Below are positions 10,823 through 19,794 of a DNA stretch of 64,000 nt, in pieces. Numbering within the stretch: the first letter of the stretch is position 1; every line of letters begins with the position of its first letter. This stretch comes from Bryobacterales bacterium. GTDB taxonomy: Bacteria > Acidobacteriota > Terriglobia > Bryobacterales > UBA6623. A program made the position numbers and the translations under genes. Location of the stretch: positions 892,659 to 956,658 of the forward strand of contig CBDFJA010000002.1 of assembly GCA_965248365.1 (NCBI GenBank). Direction: 5' to 3'. The notes below the pieces were generated by a model. The model had not been told where the DNA came from. It did not search any database and was given only the letters and a program-made list of their open reading frames with translations.

Positions 10823-11716
10823 TCATTTCACCATGCCGGCGGCGCGCAGCTTCGCGCTCAGCTCAGGTTCGTCGAAGAACATCAGCCGCTCGCGCACCTT
10901 GCCGTCCTCGAGGGCCACGGCGTAGGGCACGTCCTCGAAAGGGAAGACGGCTTTGAGCGGTTCAAGGTCAGGAGAAAGCTTCATGTCTCTGAGTCCGGTA
11001 TCTTTGATGAAGCCCGGAGCGAGGTCATAATCTTGCGTGGGAACACCCACCAACTCGGCCTGCCAGTCGAGTTCCGCCATCGTCAGGCCGACATCGAGGC
11101 AGTGGATACAAGTGGGGTTAAAGAAGTAGAGGAAGATGCGCCCGCGGTCGAGCCCGTAGTCTCGGGAGTCAACGGTGATGGACGCCGGCACATCGGCGTC
11201 CGGCGGGCGAGCGAACGGATTCAGGGCCAGCATGGCGCCGGCGAACAGGGCGACCGCTAGCAGGGCCGCGCCCGCACTTCGCCAAGCCGATGTGCGCGGG
11301 GAAAACCAGGCCGCGATGAGCGCCAAAGCGACCATGCCGGCGTCTCCCCAAAAGAAGCCCGGCCCGACGGTCCGCTCGAGCCAGGGGAAGCAGCTGCAAT
11401 CTTCACCCTTGAGGGTTTCGTAGTGGTAGCCGACGTAGGCCATGAAGACAATCAGCAGAACGGTCGAAAGATACCCGCCCAGCCTGCGCCAGGCCGGTCT
11501 CAGCAGCAGAACACCCGCGAAAGTCTCGGCAATGCCCAGCGCAAGAGTCCCCGGCAGGCTGAGCCAAACCGGCACCAACATCTGCGTCAACATCAACTGC
11601 CACGTGGCGAATTGCGTGAGCTTCCAAATGCCGGCCGTAAGCCAAACGAAGGCCATCAGAAGGGCGGCTAGCCAGCCGACGATCGTTTGCCAACGGGGCC
11701 TGTCAGAGGTTGCCAT
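10823..11716 (-). CDS. MauE/DoxX-family membrane protein with C-terminal thioredoxin-like CxxC domain
   Basis: AGIWKL and DCSCF (MauE CxCF) motifs; FFNPTCIHC. Confidence 0.8.
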   Translation of the reverse strand: MATSDRPRWQTIVGWLAALLMAFVWLTAGIWKLTQFATWQLMLTQMLVPVWLSLPGTLALGIAETFAGVLLLRPAWRRLGGYLSTVLLIVFMAYVGYHYETLKGEDCSCFPWLERTVGPGFFWGDAGMVALALIAAWFSPRTSAWRSAGAALLAVALFAGAMLALNPFARPPDADVPASITVDSRDYGLDRGRIFLYFFNPTCIHCLDVGLTMAELDWQAELVGVPTQDYDLAPGFIKDTGLRDMKLSPDLEPLKAVFPFEDVPYAVALEDGKVRERLMFFDEPELSAKLRAAGMVK

Positions 11717-11778
11717 GCTTGCTCGTTTCTCTTGTGTAACGCGGCTCGGGCAGCGAGTTGGTTTTCAGTATAGGCGAT

Positions 11779-11818
11779 CCCGCTTTTCTCACCATGTGGC
11801 GAGGCGAAGCACGTGAGA
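11779..11818 (-). mobile_element. MITE-like family M, terminal remnant
   Basis: cccgcttttctcaccatgtggcgaggcgaagcacgtgaga is the reverse complement of the right end of the 22767-22964 copy with 2 mismatches. Confidence 0.75.
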
Positions 11819-11851
11819 ACAGCAGGTCGAATCCACGCTACAATTCACTCG

Positions 11852-12406
11852 GTGGCTTCTTTTGATCCCCAGCGGCTCGATACCGAAGCGCTTTACGACT
11901 ATGCCGTCCGGACGCTTGCGCGGCGGCCGTTGACGGTGAACGAACTTCGGGGACGGCTCGCCCGGCGCGCTGCGCGTTCCCCCGACGTCGACGCTGTGAT
12001 CAAACGCCTGCGACAAGCGAACTACCTCGATGACGCTCGGCTCGCGGAATCCTACGCTCACTTCCGACGCGACTACGAGGGTCTTGGCCGGCAACGCGTG
12101 CTGCGTGATCTTTCCCGGCGCGGGGTCGACAAAGCGGTTGCGGATGAGGCGGTAGCCGAATCTTATACCGACAGCGATGAACCCGACTTGATCCGACGTT
12201 TCCTCGAACGCAAAGTTCCTCAGGCAACTCCGCCGAGTCCCATCGACGATCGCAAACAATTGGTGCGGTTGTATCGCGCGCTTATCAGGGCCGGTTTTTC
12301 CTCTGGTAAAATCGTGGAAGCACTGCGCGAACTCTCCTCCGATAGCGATTGGCTCGAAGCCTTCGCTGAAGCCCAGCATCCCGAAGACGAAGAGGCTTTC
12401 GATTGA
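11852..12406 (+). CDS. recX: Regulatory protein RecX (start uncertain, ORF from 11813)
   Basis: YAVRTLARRPLTVNELRGRL, NYLDDARLAE, LIRAGFS; directly upstream of alaS. Confidence 0.88.
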   Translation: MASFDPQRLDTEALYDYAVRTLARRPLTVNELRGRLARRAARSPDVDAVIKRLRQANYLDDARLAESYAHFRRDYEGLGRQRVLRDLSRRGVDKAVADEAVAESYTDSDEPDLIRRFLERKVPQATPPSPIDDRKQLVRLYRALIRAGFSSGKIVEALRELSSDSDWLEAFAEAQHPEDEEAFD

Positions 12407-15042
12407 CAGGCCACGAAGTACGGGAAAAGTTTCTCCAGTATTTTGCGTCGAGCGGCCATCGCATCGTGCCCAGCTCGTCGCTTGTTCCCGCTGACGATCC
12501 GACGTTGCTGTTCGCCAACGCCGGCATGAACCAGTTCAAGGAGGTCTTCCTTGGACACGAGCCGCGTGACTACTCGCGCGCTACCTCGTCCCAGAAATGT
12601 GTCCGCGCCGGAGGCAAGCACAACGACCTGGAAAATGTCGGCCATACCCGGCGTCATCATACGTTTTTCGAGATGCTGGGGAATTTCTCCTTCGGCGACT
12701 ACTTTAAGAAAGAAGCCATCGAGTTTGCCTGGGACCTGGTCACGAACGTCTTCGGCCTCCCGAAAGATCGCCTCTACGCCACAGTTTTCGAAGAAGACGA
12801 CGAAGCCGAGCAGCTGTGGACGAAAGTCACGGATATTGACTCCAGTCGCGTATTTCGATGCGGCGCGAAAGACAACTTTTGGCAGATGGGCGACACGGGA
12901 CCGTGCGGGCCGTGCTCGGAGATCTTTTACGACTACGGTCCCGAGGCGCTCGAACCCGGTGAGCAGGATGAGCCGTTTCCCAGCGAGGCCAGCCGATACG
13001 TCGAGATCTGGAACCTGGTTTTCATGGAGTTCAATCGCGACCAAGAAGGCAAACTCTCCCCGCTGCCGAAACCGTCGACTGACACCGGCATGGGACTGGA
13101 GCGGACGGCGGCGGTACTGCAAGGGAAGCTCAGCAATTTCGAGACCGACCTCATTCGACCGATCATTGATCGGACAGCACGGCTCTTGGGCGGTCTGACT
13201 TACGGCGAAAATAGGAAGACCGACACGACGCTGCGTATCATCGCCGACCACAGCCGGGCCGCGGCGTTTCTGGTGTATGACGGCATCCTGCCGGCCAACG
13301 AGGGGCGAGGCTATGTGCTGCGGAAGATCATCCGCCGGGCGCTCAGGCACGCCCGGCTGGCCGGTGCTGACCGCCCGTTTCTTTATGAGCTGACCGGTTT
13401 CGTCAGCGAGCTGATGAAGCCCGGCTACCCGGAACTGCTCGAGTCCACTGGGCGCATCGCCCGCGTCGTCAAAGAAGAGGAAGTTCGCTACCAGCGCAAC
13501 TTCGCCATGGCCGAGAGAATGTTCGAGTCTTCGCTGGCCGATCTCAAAGGGAGCGTGATCCCCGGCGCGGTCTCCTTCAAGCTCTATGACTCCTACGGTC
13601 TGTCGCTCGACGAGCAGCAGGAACTTGCCCGCGAACGCCAGCTCCAGATCGACGCCGCCGGGTTTGACACGGAGATGGAAAAACGACGCACCCGCGCGCG
13701 GGCCAGCTGGAAGGGGGCCGACACGGCGTCCGTCTCACCGGCATACCGGAAACTGCGCGACGAGGGAGAGACGCAGTTTGAGGGTTACGGCGGTCTCTCG
13801 GCCGAGGGTTCGAAGATTATCGGCCTGCTCGTCGATCAGCAGCTTGTCGATGAGGTCCCCGACGGATCGGAAGCCGAATTGGTCCTCGACCGGACGCCTT
13901 TCTACGCCGAAACGGGAGGCCAAGTCGGCGACCGAGGAGACATTCTCATCGGCTCGAGCCGGGCGGCGCGCGTGCTCGACGTGACGGCGCCGTTACGGGG
14001 ACTGTCTGTCCATAAGATCAACGCTCTGGCTGAGCTGAAGAGCGGTCAGCGCGTCAGTTGCCGGGTTGATCCGCCGCTGCGCCAAGCCACGATACGCAAC
14101 CACACGGCGACCCATTTGTTGCACGCGGCATTGAGAAAGGTGCTTGGAACGCACGTCAAACAGGCGGGCAGCGTCGTCGCGCCGGACCGGTTGCGCTTCG
14201 ACGTCACCCACTACGCGGCGATGGACGCCGCCGAGATCGAAGAAGTGGAGCGGCTTGTCAACGAGCAAATCTTGAGCAACACGTCCGTCGTGACCGACGT
14301 CATGTCGCTCGATGAAGCGTTGCAAACGGGAGCGATGGCGCTGTTTGGCGAGAAGTACGGCGACAAGGTCCGGGTGGTGCGGGTCCCCGGGTTCAGCACG
14401 GAACTCTGCGGGGGGACTCACGTCAGCCTTACCGGCGACATCGGCATTTTTAAAATCACGTCGGAAAGCGGCATCTCGGCAGGCGTCAGGCGGCTGGAGG
14501 CGGTCACTGGAACCGGCGCCTATGAGCAATACAAACAGAGCGTCGAGACGATTGAACGGATCGCCTCGATCGTTCGCTCGTCCGGGGCCGGCCTGGTGGA
14601 AAGCGTCGAGAGACTGTCCGCCGAGCACCGCGATCTGGAGCGGGAAATCGACCGTCTGAAAACGAAGCTGGCGCAGTCGAGTACCGGCGCGTTGGCGGAA
14701 AACGTACGCACGGTTAAAGGCGTCAAGGTCATCGCCGCTAAGGTGGACGGGCTGGACCGCTCGCAGATGCGGTCGCTGGCTGACTCACTGCGGAACAAGA
14801 TTCGATCCGGCGTCGTCGTGCTGGGAGCGGCGCAAGACGGGAACGTGGCCCTGGTTTCGGCGGTGACCAAGGACCTCGCCGGCAAAAGGGTTCATGCAGG
14901 GAAGCTCGTGGGAGCTGTTGCCAAGGCCGTCGGCGGACGCGGCGGCGGACGGCCCGACATGGCCGAAGCGGGCGGCAAGAATAGCGCCGCGCTCCCCGAC
15001 GCACTGGAAAGTGTCTATGAACTCGTTGATCAGATGGTGTAG
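12403..15042 (+). CDS. alaS: Alanine--tRNA ligase
   Basis: DPTLLFANAGMNQFK, HHTFFEMLGNFSFGDYFK, NHTATHLL, ELCGGTH, GGRGGGRPDMA. Confidence 0.99.
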   Translation: MTGHEVREKFLQYFASSGHRIVPSSSLVPADDPTLLFANAGMNQFKEVFLGHEPRDYSRATSSQKCVRAGGKHNDLENVGHTRRHHTFFEMLGNFSFGDYFKKEAIEFAWDLVTNVFGLPKDRLYATVFEEDDEAEQLWTKVTDIDSSRVFRCGAKDNFWQMGDTGPCGPCSEIFYDYGPEALEPGEQDEPFPSEASRYVEIWNLVFMEFNRDQEGKLSPLPKPSTDTGMGLERTAAVLQGKLSNFETDLIRPIIDRTARLLGGLTYGENRKTDTTLRIIADHSRAAAFLVYDGILPANEGRGYVLRKIIRRALRHARLAGADRPFLYELTGFVSELMKPGYPELLESTGRIARVVKEEEVRYQRNFAMAERMFESSLADLKGSVIPGAVSFKLYDSYGLSLDEQQELARERQLQIDAAGFDTEMEKRRTRARASWKGADTASVSPAYRKLRDEGETQFEGYGGLSAEGSKIIGLLVDQQLVDEVPDGSEAELVLDRTPFYAETGGQVGDRGDILIGSSRAARVLDVTAPLRGLSVHKINALAELKSGQRVSCRVDPPLRQATIRNHTATHLLHAALRKVLGTHVKQAGSVVAPDRLRFDVTHYAAMDAAEIEEVERLVNEQILSNTSVVTDVMSLDEALQTGAMALFGEKYGDKVRVVRVPGFSTELCGGTHVSLTGDIGIFKITSESGISAGVRRLEAVTGTGAYEQYKQSVETIERIASIVRSSGAGLVESVERLSAEHRDLEREIDRLKTKLAQSSTGALAENVRTVKGVKVIAAKVDGLDRSQMRSLADSLRNKIRSGVVVLGAAQDGNVALVSAVTKDLAGKRVHAGKLVGAVAKAVGGRGGGRPDMAEAGGKNSAALPDALESVYELVDQMV

Positions 15043-15073
15043 AGCGCGGCTCGGAAATGTCGAGATCGAAAGC

Positions 15074-15205
15074 GACGTGGCGCACGCTTTCAGCTTGCCG
15101 TACCGGCATTCTTGCCGGCATCCCCCCGGCTGGCAGGGCCGGCGCACGAACGAGACATGTCGCCAGGAATGGCGACACGGTACGCCGGGAGGCGTGCGCC
15201 ACATC
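15074..15205. repeat. REP-like element family B (GTGGCGCACGC arms), copy 1
   Basis: gacgtggcgcacgc...gcgtgcgccacatc inverted ends; internal tgtcgccaggaatggcgaca hairpin shared, inverted, with 53811-53920. Confidence 0.75.
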
Positions 15206-15287
15206 GACGGGACGATCGGGAAGTCTTTCGCGGGCCAGCCTGCCGGCGCCCTTTTTCGGCTGAGAATGTTCCGCTGGGAATTCTAAT

Positions 15288-16547
15288 TTGACCCATCTCG
15301 AACCCTACGACGCCGTCGGCAATCGTCAGCGCGTCTTTGAACTGCGCGACCATGGTGTCGACGTCTGGGGACCCGAACGGGTCTACGTCGCGGCTGAGGT
15401 CCCGCTCGATAACATCGAACCGGGCGCCGTCATCGGGCAGGCGAATTTAAGCGGCCCCGAACTCCGGATCGGACGCGGCACGAGAGTCGGCGTATCGGGG
15501 CACGCTCACGTCGCCAATTGTCAAATTGGCCGTGACGCGGAACTCGGAGCAGGCACCTACGACACCGCCACCATTCTCGATGGGGCTAGGGTCCGGGGGT
15601 TTGCCGAGCTGCGGCCCGGGACACTTCTCGAAGAGCAGGTCGAGGCGGCGCACAATGTTGCTTTCAAGAACACCGTCCTCACGGCTACCGTCGTTGCGGG
15701 GTCGCTCATCAACTACTGCGACCTTTTCATGAGCGGCGGGACTTCACGAACGAACCACAGTGAAGTCGGTTCGGGCGTCGTACACTTCAACTTCGATCCA
15801 CGGGGCGACAAATGGGGCAGCTTGATCGGCGACGTTCGCGGATTGCTGCTCGGCTCGGCGCCGATTTTTGTCGGAGGCCAATGCGGCCTCGTGGCGCCGC
15901 TGCAAGTGGGTTTCGGGTCGGTGACGGCCGCCGGTTCCGTGGTACGAGAAGACGTCGGGGATAACCGCCTGCACTCGGAGAGTGCCGAGCGCCGTCCGGT
16001 CGAGAACTTCGACCCGGAGATCTACGCCGGCTTGCGGCGGAAGTTTCTGACAACGGCTCTGCTGATCGGTAACTTGCGAGCGCTTGATCGCTGGTACGAG
16101 CTCGTCCGGCTGCCTTTCGCCGAGGATTATCAAAAGCCGCTCTACCGCGCCGCCCAACAGCAGTGCCGGATCCATATCGCCGAGCGGATCGAGCGCCTAC
16201 AAAAAGTCATCGATAAACTGGATCTCTCGATCAAGAAGTCCTCCGAGAGCGGCGACGAGCGCTTGATCGCCTGCCAAGATGAACACCGCCGATTGATCGA
16301 GCGTCGAGAGAAGATCGTTGCGATTCTGACCTGTGAGCCGGAGCCTTCACCGGCACCGGCTGAATTTCTGACACCTTACGAGAAGGCCCGCCGTGCGCTG
16401 CCGCACATTGACGCCCTGCGGCAAGTCGGCGACGAGGCAGCCCGATCCGCCGCCGAGTGGATCTACTCCGCGGCCCGCGAGCCGGCGGCGAGGCTGGGAG
16501 AACTGCTGGCACCCTATACATTGAAACAAGCACTAGGCGAGGCCTAG
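15288..16547 (+). CDS. GlmU-like left-handed beta-helix (hexapeptide) protein
   Basis: AELRPGTLLEEQVEAAHNVAFKNTVL, SEVGSGVVHFNF, APIFVGGQCGLVAP. Confidence 0.7.
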   Translation: MTHLEPYDAVGNRQRVFELRDHGVDVWGPERVYVAAEVPLDNIEPGAVIGQANLSGPELRIGRGTRVGVSGHAHVANCQIGRDAELGAGTYDTATILDGARVRGFAELRPGTLLEEQVEAAHNVAFKNTVLTATVVAGSLINYCDLFMSGGTSRTNHSEVGSGVVHFNFDPRGDKWGSLIGDVRGLLLGSAPIFVGGQCGLVAPLQVGFGSVTAAGSVVREDVGDNRLHSESAERRPVENFDPEIYAGLRRKFLTTALLIGNLRALDRWYELVRLPFAEDYQKPLYRAAQQQCRIHIAERIERLQKVIDKLDLSIKKSSESGDERLIACQDEHRRLIERREKIVAILTCEPEPSPAPAEFLTPYEKARRALPHIDALRQVGDEAARSAAEWIYSAAREPAARLGELLAPYTLKQALGEA

Positions 16548-16553
16548 GTTGGG

Positions 16554-17501
16554 CTAGGTGTGGAGCCTCAACAGGTTGTTCCGGGGAGGAGGGAGTCGGC
16601 TGATAGGGGGATTATAGCCGAGGCTGGCGTGGGGGCGATGCCAATTGTAGTCGTGGAGCCAGGGGAGCAGATGGTTGGCGCGTTGGAGGGAGGAGCAGTA
16701 GGAGCGGGCATAGGCCCATTCGCGGAGGGCGGTTTGGATGAAGCGCTCGGCCTTGCCGTTGGTGCGAGGGGTGTAGGGGCGGGTGAAGCGGTGGCGGATG
16801 CCGAGGCGGCGGCAAGTACGACGGAAGTGGCGGGAGCGGTACCAGGAGCCATTGTCGGTGAGCAGGCGTCGGATGCGGATGCCAAGCGAGCCATAGTAGG
16901 CGTGGGCGAGGAGAAGGAACTGGGCAGCGGAAAGGCTGCGCTCATCGGGCAGGATCTGGGAGAAGGCGATGCGGGAATGGTCGTCGACGGCGACGTGGAC
17001 GAACTCCCAGCCGGCGGCGCGGGAGCGTCGGGTCTTATCGCCGGTAACGCGGTGACCGGCGTGCTGGAAGCGGCCGAGCTTTTTGATGTCGAGATGCAGT
17101 AGATCGCCGGGACGGTGATGTTCGTAGCGGCGAACGGGGGGAGCGGGTTCGAGATCGCGGAGACGGTTGAGTCCGGCGCGACCGAGGAGGCGGCTGACGG
17201 TGGCCGGGGATAGCCGCAGGGTTTGGGCGATGCGGCGGCCCGTCCAACGTTGTCGGCGCAGGGCGAGGACGCGGTCAACGACGGCTTGCGGGGTGCGGCG
17301 CGGGCTATGCCGGGGGCGCGAAGAGCGATCGTAGAGACCGGCTTCGCCTTCGCCGCGGTAGCGGGCCAGCCAACGGCGGGCGGTGCGTTCTGAGACGTCT
17401 CGGGCCGCCGCGGCGGCCCGAGGCGTCTCTCCAGCGAGGATGCATCGAACCAAAAGGGATCGGCCTTTGGGCGTCAATCGGGCATTCTGATGGATGTTCA
17501 T
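16554..17501 (-). CDS. IS481-family transposase
   Basis: MNIHQNARLTP, LLHLDIKKLG, VAVDDHSR, LTDNG, TNGKAERF (DDE). Confidence 0.97.
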   Translation of the reverse strand: MNIHQNARLTPKGRSLLVRCILAGETPRAAAAARDVSERTARRWLARYRGEGEAGLYDRSSRPRHSPRRTPQAVVDRVLALRRQRWTGRRIAQTLRLSPATVSRLLGRAGLNRLRDLEPAPPVRRYEHHRPGDLLHLDIKKLGRFQHAGHRVTGDKTRRSRAAGWEFVHVAVDDHSRIAFSQILPDERSLSAAQFLLLAHAYYGSLGIRIRRLLTDNGSWYRSRHFRRTCRRLGIRHRFTRPYTPRTNGKAERFIQTALREWAYARSYCSSLQRANHLLPWLHDYNWHRPHASLGYNPPISRLPPPRNNLLRLHT

Positions 17502-17584
17502 GCGGTCTCTCCAGGGTCGTGGTTATTCGACAACTCCAGCTTCCCTGGTCCGGGACCGAATGAACAATCTGTTGAAAGATCACA
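16559..17584 (-). mobile_element. IS481-family insertion sequence, 1026 bp, 6-bp TSD GCTAGG
   Basis: Ends TGTGGAGCCTCAACAGGTTGTTC / GAACAATCTGTTGAAAGATCACA; GCTAGG at 16553-16558 and 17585-17590. Confidence 0.95.
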
Positions 17585-17655
17585 GCTAGGTCCCATCGGG
17601 ACGGCTTGCGGGTTGAAGTCGTTAAGCTGATGCTCATTGCGGTTCGGGGCCCGTC

Positions 17656-18654
17656 ATGGAGATGAACTTCGTTTGTCCGCGGTGCAACAGAGCGCTGTCG
17701 TCTTCCGACGACTCGTACTCTTGTTCTCCCTGCCGGCAAGTCTACCCCGTGGTATGCGGAATCCCCGACTTCCGTGTGAATCCCGATCCCTACATCACCC
17801 CCTCGGAAGATCGAAACAGGGCCGAGTTGCTGGCGGAATGGGGACGGGAGCGTACCTATGCCGAGCTTCTGGATCGCTACTTCTCCTTGGCGCCTGATGT
17901 TCCCCCCGACCTCGCGAAACGGTGGACTGATCACAAGCTCGCCGACATCGAGATCGCTAAGCTCGACTTGCGGGCGACACTTGGCGGGAACGGCTTGGCT
18001 TCAGACGGCGCCCTGCTCGACGTGGGTTGCTCGTCGGGAGGTTTGCTTGCGGCGGCGCACGCCAACTTCCAGATGTCGGTTGGGGTGGACGTCGCTCTTC
18101 GCTGGTTGGTGATCGCGCGGTTGCGGCTGCGAATGATGGGTGTACGGCCTCAATTGGTGTGCGCGAACGCTGAGTACCTGCCTTTCGCCGACCGGGTTTT
18201 CCATCTCGTGACAGCGGTGGACGTCCTGGAACACGTAGGCGACGCCCAAGCCGCCGTGAGCGAGGCCCGCCGAGTATCGGCTTCGGGCGCGAAGACTCTC
18301 TGCCTCACCAACAACCGATACGCGCCGATTCGCGACCCGCAGATCGGCGTTTGGGGGGTGGGGTATCTTCCTCGATCGTTGCAGAGCAGGTATGCGGTCG
18401 CCCGCAGAGCAGACGTCGGTTCCTACCGGGTCGCCATGCGAAGCGGCCCGGAACTCGAGCGGCTCTTCGGGCGCGCCGGCTACCAGGACATTCGACTAAC
18501 GCCCGCCGGCCTGTACGCTCCTCACCTCGGCAGCCGCGTCCTGCACGTCGTCATGAGAGTGTACAATCGGCTGCGCAGGCTGCTTGTGCTGCGATCATTT
18601 TTAACGTGGCTGGGGCCGCGTCTATCGGTGACGGCGACACGGCGGCTGGATTAG
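17656..18654 (+). CDS. Class I SAM-dependent methyltransferase with N-terminal Trm112-like Zn ribbon
   Basis: CPRC..CSPCRQVYPVVCGIPDF; LLDVGCSSG; AEYLPF; VLEHV. Confidence 0.85.
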   Translation: MEMNFVCPRCNRALSSSDDSYSCSPCRQVYPVVCGIPDFRVNPDPYITPSEDRNRAELLAEWGRERTYAELLDRYFSLAPDVPPDLAKRWTDHKLADIEIAKLDLRATLGGNGLASDGALLDVGCSSGGLLAAAHANFQMSVGVDVALRWLVIARLRLRMMGVRPQLVCANAEYLPFADRVFHLVTAVDVLEHVGDAQAAVSEARRVSASGAKTLCLTNNRYAPIRDPQIGVWGVGYLPRSLQSRYAVARRADVGSYRVAMRSGPELERLFGRAGYQDIRLTPAGLYAPHLGSRVLHVVMRVYNRLRRLLVLRSFLTWLGPRLSVTATRRLD

Positions 18655-18783
18655 CCGCCATGGACGAGGGCATTGTACGGTTCGAATTCGCCCGGAAGAT
18701 CATGTACGAAGGCGGCGGGAGTGGCGGTCGCTCCCCCGAGCTGGGCCGGCACTGTTGCCGGCCGGGAGGCAAGCGATTCAGTT

Positions 18784-19470
18784 ATGGCGGAAACCATCGT
18801 TCGTGTCGAGAGCCTGGCTAGAACCTATCGCAGCGGCGCGATTGAATTGACGGTTTTTTCCGGCTTGAATCTGGAGCTTTACCTGGGTGAAAGTGTTGCT
18901 GTAATTGGGGAGTCGGGCGCGGGAAAGTCCACGCTGCTGCACCTGCTCGGCGCGCTTGACCGTCCCACGGCCGGGGAGATTTATTTCGAGTCTCAACCGC
19001 TGTCGGGACGATCGGATACCGAGTTGGCCGGCATCCGCAATCAGGAGATCGGCTTCGTCTGGCAAAGTTATTATCTGCAGCCTGAGTTCACGGCCCTTGA
19101 GAACGTCATGATGCCTCTGTTGATCGGCGAGACCGCCCGCCGGGAAGCGGAGTCCAAGGCCGCACCCTGGCTCGAGCGCGTTGGCCTGTCCGATCGAGCG
19201 TCCCACCGTGCCGGGGAACTCTCCGGAGGCGAGCAACAGCGCGTCACCATCGCCCGAGCACTCGTCACCGAACCCACGTTGGTGCTCGCCGACGAGCCGA
19301 CCGGCAATCTCGACGCCGCCAACGCCGAAGCCATCATGGACTTGCTGGTCGGTTTGCCGCGCGCCCACAAGCTGACGGTCGTCATCGCCACCCACAGCGT
19401 CAAGCTTGCCCAACGATGCGATAGAGTTTTCCGCATCGATGGCGGGCAGATCCGCGCTGAAGACCTGTGA
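18784..19470 (+). CDS. lolD: LolD-like ABC ATP-binding protein
   Basis: GESGAGKSTLLHLLGALDRPTAG, IRNQEIGFVWQ, ELSGGEQQRV, LADEPTGNLD. Confidence 0.8.
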   Translation: MAETIVRVESLARTYRSGAIELTVFSGLNLELYLGESVAVIGESGAGKSTLLHLLGALDRPTAGEIYFESQPLSGRSDTELAGIRNQEIGFVWQSYYLQPEFTALENVMMPLLIGETARREAESKAAPWLERVGLSDRASHRAGELSGGEQQRVTIARALVTEPTLVLADEPTGNLDAANAEAIMDLLVGLPRAHKLTVVIATHSVKLAQRCDRVFRIDGGQIRAEDL

Positions 19471-19738
19471 GCAGCCGTCTCGCCACCGGCGCCGATCACT
19501 GCCCCCCGGGGGACCGACCCGGAACACGACCGACGGGTGCCGCATTCGTCTCTCTTGCCGCGTGCCGTTCGTCGAGGAAAGCCATAAACATCAATGGCTT
19601 AGCCATCCCCGTTCAGCCGTCGTCACCCTAGCTCTACCGCTCGCATCTCTTTTCACAGCGCCGCACCAATCCTTGCCCTTGAGGCCTCTGTCCGAGAGGC
19701 GTAGGCCGCTCTCAATCGGACCGTGATTCGCGGAAGGC

Positions 19739-19747
19739 TGATATGAT
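19739..19747 (+). promoter_or_regulatory. Extended -10 promoter element for clpC
   Basis: TGaTATGAT about 50 nt upstream of the ATG, followed by a GGGAGGG RBS. Confidence 0.4.
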
Positions 19748-19794
19748 GGGTAGGAGAGGATCCGATCCGCCCCGGGGTCGGGAGGGTTTGCTGC

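Noticed and set aside
12220-13350. 376-aa antisense ORF inside alaS; similar ones inside clpC, trxB and metY
   Set aside because: Typical antisense open frames produced by codon bias in conserved GC-rich genes.
16560-17278. Long alternative ORFs overlapping the IS481 transposase
   Set aside because: Antisense or off-frame shadows of a GC-rich transposase with no independent signals.
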